Assembly (NCBI RefSeq): GCF_001194135.2
Contig: NC_069000.1
Coordinates: forward strand, 8,336,092 to 8,400,091
Origin: Octopus bimaculoides
Lineage: Eukaryota
DNA length: 64,000 nucleotides
Direction of reading: 5' to 3'
Part shown: positions 1 to 11,500 of the stretch, one piece after another
How positions within the stretch are numbered: the first letter of the stretch is position 1
Layout: each line of letters opens with the position of its first letter
Translations under genes and position numbers: made by a program
Notes under the pieces: generated by a model
Seen by the model: only the letters and a program-made list of their open reading frames with translations
What the model was told of the DNA's origin: nothing
Database searches by the model: none

Positions 1-699
1 TATATATAGACTTTTCTTATACAACTGACTGCTGGAATTAACTAACAACAACACAAAGATACAAAAGCTTTCATTAATATATATATATATATATATATGT
101 ACATATATATATATATATGTACATATATATACAAACTACTTTAAATACAACAGCCAAATTAGAATAGAAAATATATACCATATTCTGAAAATTACAACAG
201 ACGATAACAACCATTCAAAACAAATATTGGAAAGACATGTGTTTATCAAAATATGATCAATCTTGAGTGTATTCTGCTTTAGAAAACATTGGACAATATC
301 AAGAATCTAGCAAACCACTGATATATATGTCTTGCAGTACCAAACTGGCAACGAGTATATGTGAGTGTACAAATGTCTACAAATAATATAGATGTACCGA
401 AAGACAGAAGAGAACAGTTAGGTCTCTTGATCTGTACTTCATTTTCTAATATGGACTGTAGAACAGAAGCTAACAGTCCTATTCATTATCTATTTGGCTA
501 TTACATTCCTCTTTGGAGGAATAAATGAATAATAATAATAATAATAAAGTCAGCATTACTTGGAACTGCATGCATATTGCATAAAGCACTGTCTGTCTGA
601 GGTCTTTGTTGTGACTTGACAAACAGTACAAACCCCCAGAAGATACAATGTCTTCACGATATTGTATACTGTGCAATGTCTATAATAATAATAATTATT

Positions 700-899
700 A
701 TAATAATAATAATGGTTTCAAATTTTAGCACAAGGCCAGCAGATTTGAAGGCAGGGGATAAGTTGATTACATCAACCCCAGTTCTCAAACTGGTACTTAT
801 TATATTGACCCCAGAAGGATGTAAAGCAAAGTAGACCTTGGTGGAATTTGAACTCAGACTGTAAGAACAGACGAAATGTCATTAAACATTTCTGCGAGC
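700..899 (-). mobile_element. SINE family A (diverged)
   Basis: Core and tail similarity to 2151-2376. Confidence 0.7.
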
Positions 900-1745
900 T
901 CAATCATGGTAATGACACAAATCATTTTGTTCGGTGCAGTAATAATTCTGTCAGTTTGATTCTTATAATACTAATAATAAAGTTAGTTTGAAATAATAGC
1001 ACAGCAATTGATTGAGAAGGTCAGGAAGTTCATGTGATAGACACACAAGTATTTTGGATAGTATTGAAATAAACTGATTCACCTAAATATAATCAGAGAT
1101 CAGATTGAAATAAAAGACATTCCAGTAACTCTGAAGTGTTGTCAGGAAAGGTATCACTTTACGACATCAACTTTTTGGATTGTGATACGGTTGCATGGAA
1201 AACTTAGACTGCCATGTAATACTTTTTGTAAACAGAATAAACAAAATACTCAAGTGAACATTGATAATAAAACACATTGTTTTTATATTGAAACTGTTTC
1301 AGAATGTGACACAGATTTAGAATTCAAGGTTCACATGGTAGAAGTAAAAACATAGAACACTAACTATAGTTTGTCTGAAGTTACTAGTGGTTAGTAATTC
1401 AATAACACAGCTACATAAACAGACTGAAACAAATGGCAAATACTGAGGAAATTACATTTTTTTTGTGTTGTTGTTTTTTTTTTTTTTTAAATACACATTT
1501 AAATGAAAAAGGTTTATAAAAACAGACACAAATAAAAATGTGTTTTGATCACGAGCTTTTGTTTTCAAGTTGTATATTAATCTTTTTACGGAGAAAACTG
1601 AACCATAATTTTCTATTTACAATGCTGAGTAATGATGGGAGCTCAGGGCCATCAGGAGCAAACTGAAGGTTAACAATTATTTACTGGCCACACTGACTGC
1701 AGTAATGGCAGTCACTTCTAACATAGGCAGAGAGAGCAGAAATTT

Positions 1746-1809
<64 letters not shown>

Positions 1810-2150
1810 AAAAGAGAGAGAAAAAGAGAAAGAGAGCAGTCAGTCAATCATATCAACTCCATTACTTAACTGGTGGTTAATTTTATAGACACCACCCGCT
1901 GCCTCACAGCAATCCCAGAAAGTAAAAAAAAGGTAAAGATGAGCTGAACTCAGAATGTAAAAGAGCTGGAATAAACAGTGCAAGAAATTTTGTTGGATGC
2001 TTTAATAATTCTGCAGAGTCCACTGCCCTGAAAATTCACATAAAACTGAATTGTTTATAATTATAGGGAAGGCAGAAATAGAGTTATCTACTGGATATAT
2101 ATCTCATGTTCACTTGTGACACGAAACTTTTGGAAATAAGAACTCTTTAG

Positions 2151-2376
2151 TAATAATAATAATCCTTTCTATTATAGGCACAAGGCCTGAAATTTAGGGG
2201 AGGGGTTAAGTCGATTACATCGATCCCAGTACTCCACTGGTACTTAATTTATCAACCCCGAAAGGATGAAAGGCAAAGTCAACCTCGGTGGAATTTGAAC
2301 TCAGAACGTGAGGATAGATGAAATGCAGCTAAGCATTTTGCCCAGCGTGCTAACGATTCTGCCAGTTCTCCACCTT
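2151..2376 (-). mobile_element. tRNA-derived SINE family A
   Basis: Head aaggtggagaactggcagaatcgttagc, core gactttgcctttcatcctttcggggttgata, tail tttcaggccttgtgcctataatagaaaggatt(att)n. Confidence 0.8.
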
Positions 2377-2701
2377 AATAATAATAATAATAATAATAAT
2401 AATGATGATGATTTCTAAGATTGGCAGAAGGCCACAAATTTATAGGAAAGGGGTACAGCTGATCGGCCATAGCAGGATAAAAGACAAAGTTGTCATTTAG
2501 TGGGGTTTGAACACAGAACAAGGAAACATTCCTGTTGAGGTTGGACATCAACTATAGTCACCAGCCTGGGAGTGAAGGCTCTACATGAATCATAGGGCCC
2601 CCTGTCACCCCCCCCCAAAAAAAAATGGAAAAAGAGATAAAAAGTTAATCACTCTGCCAGATCCATATTAGTAATACTAATATGGTTTCTTTGATAGAAA
2701 G

Positions 2702-2734
<33 letters not shown>

Positions 2735-2879
2735 GTAAACAATGAACCAGTCAGTTTTCCAGAGAGATAGTATTGGTAGAGGAGCAAAGGTTGAGGGCAG
2801 GAAACCAACTAAGTTGTTAAGAAAATCCTGAGCCATTTTGATATTTTAGTTAGAAATTCAAGACATTTTTTACAACAAT

Positions 2880-2912
<33 letters not shown>

Positions 2913-3760
2913 AAGTAGTAATGCTAATAATGCTATTAATACTTGTGCTACAGATAATACTGAAATATAAATTAGAAACAGCAAATAAATACGGAGTGGA
3001 GGTATTGGGGGAGGTATTGTTATTCATTTTTCTGATTTTGTTTTTGTGTTTGTTTTTCTTGTTCGTTGTAACAGTTTTTAGAAAATGAAAGTGAAACAAG
3101 GTTTCCACATAAAACGTAATGCATATGTCTGTCTGTGCGCACATGCACGTGTGTGCACGTGCATGTGTGTGTGTGTGCATACTGCCCCCACCCCTCACAC
3201 TCATAGATTTTCTAATACATTTAAAACCATAAATACGTACAGATATTTGCAAAAAAACGTACATGCATACATGCGTGAGTGTGTACATGCATGCACCAGT
3301 GTGTGTGTGTATGTGTGGATTAATCTTTGTACTGTTTGTTTCCTTACAATTTGTTATCTTTTAAAATATCAGAAAATGTTGTTAGATAATCTTTTTTGTG
3401 TGTCTCCAGAGGCTGGTTAGATATTCCAGTAGGTGAGTGTGTATGTTTGCAATTAGTGTAGATATGTGTGTGTGTGTGTGTGTGTGTCTATAGAAATGTG
3501 TGAAAGTAGGTCTACGGACATCATTTATTCTATTGGTGAACAATTTTGGGGAACATTTAAGCAAAATATATTTGTGGGTTATGAAAATAAAAAAAAAATC
3601 CTGTATAATGCAGAGATATGTAAAAAATAATGCACATACAACTGTAGAGCAATGATATAAATATCAAACAGATATAAAGCAAATTACTCAGAAAGAGGGG
3701 TTGATTAGATAGAAAGCACAATCAAGCAATAGCTTGAGATAAATATTAATAATAATGATA

Positions 3761-3982
3761 ATAATAATCCTTTCTGCTTTAGGCACAAGGCCTGAAATTT
3801 AGGGGCTGGGGTAAATCGATTAAATCGACCCCCAGCACTCCACTGGTACTTATTTCATCAACCCTGAAAGGATGAAAGGCAAAGTAGACCTCGGCGGAAT
3901 TTGAACTCAGGACGTAAAAACGGACGAAATGCCGCTAAGTGTTTTGTCCTGTATGCTAACAATTCTGCCAGCTAACCGCCTC
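3761..3982 (-). mobile_element. SINE family A, ~75 nt after the Piezo stop codon
   Basis: Same head, core and tail as 2151-2376; (ATT)n on both sides. Confidence 0.8.
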
Positions 3983-4055
3983 AATAATAATAATCATAAT
4001 AATAATAATAATAATAATAATGATGATAATAATAAGAGCAATAATAACAATAAAG

Positions 4056-4323
4056 CTAGTTGTCCTTTTTGCTTTCGATTCGACGTCGTGTCCACTTAAT
4101 GAGTGTTTCTGGTGATCGATAGAGGAAAATGAGTTTGGCATAGAGATCCTCCTCCAGACGGAACTCATGCATCTCACGCACAAGGTATATGTCGAGGGTC
4201 AGCTTGAGGATTCGGTCAACAAACGGCAGTTCACGGAACATTATTGATGGATGCATATTGATGGTTCCCATGCGAAGGAAGCGTGCAATCAACAGAATAA
4301 AAGAAACATAGAGTCCTGCAATG
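4056..4323 (-). CDS. Piezo: Piezo terminal exon W41 (inner helix + CTD, stop TAG at 4056-4058)
   Basis: [11 protein letters not shown]...ELPFVDRIL...[20 protein letters not shown]; cttccag acceptor. Confidence 0.98.
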
Positions 4324-6802
4324 CTGGAAGTCCGGAACAGCAATGATGTAGAGAGAAATGTGAGAAAAAAAAAAGAAAAAGAGAGATAAGTAATTTATCA
4401 AATAAGAATTTCAGTAAAAAAGGCATTACAAATATTTGATGCAGTCATGATTAATAGTTTAAAAAATGGTATGAAATCTATTTAACATATTTAGTCTTTT
4501 GTTTATATATAGAAAATCTTTATTTCAACAATGTTTTCAAGTCTAACACATATCTCAACCCTTTAGCATTCAGATTACTTTATCAAATACAATTCCTATT
4601 TATTATTCACATTATTTTGAAAGTTTTTGTTTTTTTCTTGTCTTGCAAATACTTGGTGGCCCTGTCAGTGCAGGAGCCACTTAAAAGCACCCACTGTAAA
4701 GTGGTTGGTGTTCGGAAGGGCATCCAGATGTAAAAACTTTTGCCAAAACTGACCTCGCCTGTGCTTGTGCCATGTAAAAAGCACTTCTCACCTTGCCTGT
4801 GCATGTGCCATAAAAAAAAAGCACTATGTCCACTCTGCTGAGTGGTTGGTGTTAGGAAGGGCATCCAGCTGTAAAAAATCCTGCCAGAACAGTCGCAGAA
4901 GTTTGGTGCAGGCTTTGGCTTAGCCAGCTCTTGTGAAACCGTCCCGCACATGCTAGCATGGAAGGTGGATGTTAAACGATGATGATGATGATGAATCATG
5001 CATTATCTCATTGCTTCAAGATTTCGACAATGTGATTGTTTATTTTTAGAATGACATTGTAAGGTAGGTGTGAGAGGCTGGATCTGGCTGGTTTGAACAT
5101 GTAAAATATTTGAGTTGGAACAGGTAAATATTTGAGTTGGATATGGCTGGTTTAAATGCTAAAGAGTTACGAGACTCTAGTGGAAGCAGTAAAAATATAT
5201 AGCAAAGTCATCAGCTCATATGGTCAAGGAGGGCCCACATACCCCAAAAATTGCTTACCAATTGTAGTTGGGATTAAATCTACAGAGCAAAGATTTACTA
5301 GAAACACCAAGCTATGCAAGAAAAAATAGTTTTCACAATACTTAACAAAATACTCAAAATATTTTTAAAAATTAATTTCATAAAATGATATTCATAGAAA
5401 CAATTCAGTACATGAACATTAATTAGTAAAATTATTTTCAAATTACAAATATTAATTTAACATTCAATAACTATGTCATTTGTTATATGTCTTTTCAGAA
5501 ACATTTTGTAAGCATTAGTCTAAGATAAGACTTCACTGATCACAATCTTTAGTGATCAGTGTGTCGACTACCATATAGAATTCACTAAGAGCTATAAAGC
5601 TATAGAAATGATCCATCACTGAATATACACACACACACACACACGTACACACACACACACACACACACACACATTAGGTAAAAATAAATAATTCACATGT
5701 AAATTAAATGGCTTAAACTCTGAGTAAAGGGTCAAATGGTTCATTATGTCCCACATTTTAGACTCCCGGAATGGAGAATAAGTTAGAGGCTGACATCCTG
5801 ATAGCTACCCCAGATAAGGGAGCAAAAATTCTTCAAATCTACATCTATACACACTTCATTTCCTTTCATCTTTTATAACAACAGGAGGGAGTAACTGCTG
5901 ACTGAATCGATCCAGTACTTGAATGGTACTTGATTATCGACCCTGAAAGGGTAAAAAAAAAGGGCATAGTTGACCACAGNNNNNNNNNNCAGCTTTTCAT
6001 CTTCACAGTAATAATAATAACTAATTTTCATCTGTTCTTCCATCTTTTTATTAATCAATAAATTTGTACGACTGAACAATTTTGTCTTTCATTACTGATT
6101 TGTCTTACGTTCAGTTACTGGCGGTGGCAGTGGTGATGCTGCTGGAAGGTGGGTAAAGGAATAGATGGATAGAATTAAATAAATGCCAAAGGTTATATGA
6201 TCAAGAGATCCAGTTAAGTGTGGTAGGGCAGGACTACATATATATATATATACATATATTTATATATGTGTGCATGTGTATATATATATATTCTATTTTT
6301 TGGTAACCTATGTTGTGAGCTGTGCCACCAGGTTGCTTAAAATCAATGTCAGCACTTAGAATACTTGGCTTTCTGATGACAAAATTGTTCTAAAAATAGA
6401 AGCATTACTGCACGCGTGTGCACATACACACACACACGCACACACACAGAATAAGACTAATGGTAGAAAATAACTATAATATCAACAAGAACTATTTCTA
6501 GCACTACTAATATTATCATCACTACTACCCCTACCACCACCACTAAAACTACCATCCCTGCTACCACCACCACCACCACCTTCAAATGTGTAACTGGAAA
6601 CTAAATTTAAAAAAAGCTATAAACCAATACTAAGAGGTCACACACACAGGTTCAATACTATTGATATGCAGAACTAAAACCAGGAATTTGTAATGAAAAT
6701 GAAGGATTGCTATTGGTGCTAATATCACGAAATGATTTGGTTACATTTTATGCAAAAACAGCTTTATACTGATAAACTTTGCTTTATTTTTATAATTCCT
6801 TC

Positions 6803-6855
<53 letters not shown>

Positions 6856-8473
6856 TGTGTGTGTNNNNNNNNNNNNNNNNNNNNNNNNNNNNNNNNNNNN
6901 NNNNNNNNNNNNNNNNNNNNNNNNNNNNNNNNNNNNNNNNNNNNNNNNNNNNNNNNNNNNNNNNNNNNNNNNNNNNNNNNNNNNNNNNNNNNNNNNNNNN
7001 NNNNNNNNNNNNNNNNNNNNNNNNNNNNNNNNNNNNNNNNNNNNNNNNNNNNNNNNNNNNNNNNNNNNNNNNNNNNNNNNNNNNNNNNNNNNNNNNNNNN
7101 NNNNNNNNNNNNNNNNNNNNNNNNNNNNNNNNNNNNNNNNNNNNNNNNNNNNNNNNNNNNNNNNNNNNNNNNNNNNNNNNNNNNNNNNNNNNNNNNNNNN
7201 NNNNNNNNNNNNNNNNNNNNNNNNNNNNNNNNNNNNNNNNNNNNNNNNNNNNNNNNNNNNNNNNNNNNNNNNNNNNNNNNNNNNNNNNNNNNNNNNNNNN
7301 NNNNNNNNNNNNNNNNNNNNNNNNNNNNNNNNNNNNNNNNNNNNNNNNNNNNNNNNNNNNNNNNNNNNNNNNNNNNNNNNNNNNNNNNNNNNNNNNNNNN
7401 NNNNNNNNNNNNNNNNNNNNNNNNNNNNNNNNNNNNNNNNNNNNNNNNNNNNNNNNNNNNNNNNNNNNNNNNNNNNNNNNNNNNNNNNNNNNNNNNNNNN
7501 NNNNNNNNNNNNNNNNNNNNNNNNNNNNNNNNNNNNNNNNNNNNNNNNNNNNNNNNNNNNNNNNNNNNNNNNNNNNNNNNNNNNNNNNNNNNNNNNNNNN
7601 NNNNNNNNNNNNNNNNNNNNNNNNNNNNNNNNNNNNNNNNNNNNNNNNNNNNNNNNNNNNNNNNNNNNNNNNNNNNNNNNNNNNNNNNNNNNNNNNNNNN
7701 NNNNNNNNNNNNNNNNNNNNNNNNNNNNNNNNNNNNNNNNNNNNNNNNNNNNNNNNNNNNNNNNNNNNNNNNNNNNNNNTCTAACACACACACACACACA
7801 CACACACGACGGACTTTTTTCAATTTCCGTCTACCAAATCCACTCACAAGGCTTTGGTCGGCCCGAGGCTATAGTAGAAGATACTTGCCCAAGGTGCCAC
7901 GCATTGGGACTGAACCTGGAACCATGTGGTTGGTTAGCAACCTATTTACCACACAGCCACTATGCTTGAAACTGCACTCCCATACTGTCTTCATCAGCTG
8001 CTCATAATTCCCCTATTACCTGTCTAAATTGATAAACTGGCCAAAGCAACAGACTATATAGTGGTTGACAATGGACAGGAGAGAGAGAGAGAAAGAGGCA
8101 AGTTTAAACTAACATGCACCGTTGTGTAGGAGAGAGAAATTGAAGAGAACAAAGACAGAGAGAAAGGATAAAGAAAAGGAGAAAAATGTGGAATTGTGTG
8201 AGGAATATGAAGTAGAGGGAGAAAGGAGGGAGAGAGAGGAGGCAAACTTAGACCAGCATGCAATGAGAGAAAAATACAAGAACTTGTACTTTAGTGTAAT
8301 GTCTAGTGACAACCGCAATCATTGCCTCAGCACCAATCATCTGGATGGCTGACAGTAAGAGGAAACATCAAAAAGCCTCCTGTCAGGATCTAGATAATGG
8401 TGCACGATATTGAATGGAAACCCATCTTTGGTGAGTCATCCAGTCAAGTACCTAAGGCAGTGAAGTAACCTAA

Positions 8474-8546
<73 letters not shown>

Positions 8547-11500
8547 AGAGCTATGCACCCTCGTTCTGTGAAATATTTAACCAAAATTTATTGTAGTATT
8601 CAAAGCGCTTTGTGAAGTGAGCTACAAAGAAAGAGAGGAGAGAGCATGGAAGAATAGAAAGGAAGGGATCTGTAAAAGGGGGATAAAAGTAGGAGTGAGA
8701 GTGTGAGAAGTTGAGTGTCACCCCCAAAAGGGATTAAAGGAAAACGTTAACAATCGAACAAGTACCTTGCTTATATATCTCCAGGCCATGCAGGGCAATA
8801 AAAAATAATGTAACAAACATCAAATGAACAAAAACTCAAATATACTGACAGCCTGTTACAATAATAATGACTAAAAATTATAAATAAAAGGCAAAACTGA
8901 ATACATTAACTGCAAAAACGAAATCATTGTAGTTACGGGGGGGGGGGGAAGAAAAAAAGTAGCCAAAATCTGTAGAGACACATCTAAATAGTGATGGGAT
9001 ACTGTACTGGATTCTTGACTATGTTATGAGTTCATCTCAACTTCAAGGCAAGACATTTATGCAACATTCTACACCTGTGGTTCCCAAACCAGGGTTTGCA
9101 TGACCCTTAGGGTTCCATAGAAGAGTTTATCATTAAAATTTATGTGCAATAAATTGGTTTTGGTTCTACAATACACAAAGCATTTTAACAACTATTTGTT
9201 TTTTGTTTTGTACGATTCCAAATAATATTTAATTACAAAAATACAATAGGATTTTTTAAACATCAAATGGTTGAGGATCCATCTAAGTGAAACAGGAATC
9301 GAAGAGGTCCATCTGAGAAAAATGGTTGAGAACCACTGCTTCATACCATTTCTAAATTGCACTGATTAACCAAATAATTCCTTCAGAGATAATTTGGAGC
9401 AGAACAGAAAGAATTTTTAACCCTTTAGCATTCAGATTACTCTATCAAATGTGACTGGCCACTAAAGTCAACAAGTATCCCAAGAAGAAGTAGGGGCCAA
9501 TGTGGGCTCTTAGTTAATCGCAAGAATTTTAGAATGAAAGACAAGACTAGGCCCACTCGGCAACTATATCATATAAACAAAGATGTTTTGTTTTAATTTG
9601 CATGAAACTTAAGACAGGATAAGAGGCTACGATGAGATTCATGTCTTTCTTAGCTGTATTAGTGATACGATTTCAGCAATTCCCAACCAGGTGTCAAAGA
9701 GAGGCTAAAGATCTGATTTATGAAGTCATAACCAAGTATACAAGAGGAATCAGTGTGTGTGTGTGTGTTCTGATTATGTAGATGTGTTGGGATTAGATAG
9801 AACAGAAAGTTGACTACTTTTTAAAACTTAACATCTTCTAAAGCAACAACAACAACAACAACAAATAAATAACATTTAAAAGGCAAAACATTTCAAATGA
9901 AAGAAATCAAAAGTAAAACAATGGCAAAAAAAAATAAAACAATGGCAAAACAAAAAGCAAAAACAAAGAACTTGGAGATTCCTGCAACTCTTTCAGTTCC
10001 TTCTTTAGTTGTCTTTGTTTCTTTTTGTTTTTTATATTATCGATGGAATTCTATTTCCAGTCAGATGTCTTTTCTAACATCAATTGATACTCAAATGTGA
10101 AGTTTATATCAAACAACATTTTCACCATGTTATTTTTGCTTTCCACCAAATATCAATGGCATCCCTCTTATCCAACCCTCATTCAACTTCCATCAAACAC
10201 CCACTGGCTTCTGACACTGGGGCAACAATCTTCACAAACCTTCACCCAACATATCAGACAACTTGTCGCCTAAATTAAAACCATTTCCCCATACACGTCC
10301 ACCTTGGCAACAATCATCAATGATCATCAATGTCCCAGTTGATTTTCTTTTTATCAAAACTCGTTCAATTGCCACAGTCATAACATATCTTTATCGTACT
10401 ATTTTAAGATCATCATAGTCCAGATCAATGAATGTTCTGCAGATTAACAAATATTGGCAAGCTTATTATTTCCTCTGGAGATAATTGTATAACACAAACA
10501 GTTTAGCTTGATTAATCTCTTTAGTGAACTGTCTCAACTATGACATAAATGATTAATTCTCCTGAAGATGGAGAAAAAAAAATAAAGCTACGGTCAAGAA
10601 TTTGCTCATTTTAAGTAGCTGGAAGAGATACATCAACATGTCCGAATATGGATGTTAACTTGAGTTTTCATATGTGGGTCCTGATTGGCAATTACATCAA
10701 TGAGTTGCTTATAATTAATGACCAATCAATAACCAATCAGAAATTATTAATTATCATACCTGAATCCTAACAGTCTCCTCTCAAAGCTAATAACCATTCT
10801 CTATTCTTTCTCCTGTCTGGCTCTTCTACTCTATCAAATCTTCTTCAGAACTAACTGGCTGTGGCCCCCTTCACCTTATCCCTACTAGAACTCCTATGTA
10901 CTGCTACTGCAAAACATTTACCTTAAATATCCCTATCTTGAATTAACTACACTTGTCTCACCTACCCTATTGTTTTAATCTTTCTTTGTAATAGCTACAA
11001 ATGAACATGGTTCTTTGTCTGTTTTGTCCACACCTTATACATACGGGATTTCCCGATGCCTCCCACTACACAAATGAGCAGGTGTTACAAAAATATCACA
11101 ATAACCATCAAATAAAATTCAATAGCAAAAACAAAAGAACATCAAAAATAAAAAAAAATTAAAAATTAAAAACAAATAAGTGAACAAAGAAAACAACAAA
11201 AAAAAAGCTGTAATATAAAACAAAGCATTCATTATCATCATTGAATGTTAATAATTCTGATTAGTATTCTTTCTACTTTAGGAACAAGGCCTGAAATTCT
11301 AGGGAAGGGAACAAGTCAATTTTATTAACCCCAATGCTCAACTGGTATTTATTTTTATTGACCCCAAAAGGATGAAAGACAAAGCCAACCTCTGCAGAAT
11401 TTGAACTCAGAATGTTGCTAAGTATTTTGTCCAGTGGATTAACGATTCTGCCAGTTAATGTTATACAAGAACATTATCGTTTAAACCAAAGGCAGCAAGC

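Noticed and set aside
1-4055. Polyadenylation site or a convergent neighbouring gene
   Set aside because: AATAAA on the minus strand at 3524-3529 lacks a clear downstream GU-rich element. The ORFs here are microsatellite-derived and no coding exons were recognised on either strand.
7965-8000. CTGATGAA on the minus strand next to a SINE B head
   Set aside because: Only half of a hammerhead core is visible; the rest is absent or replaced by the SINE.
6732-8007. Long ORFs of 330-400 aa in the ORF track (also 17745-18636, 42784-43282, etc.)
   Set aside because: They are artefacts of N runs and flanking dinucleotide repeats.
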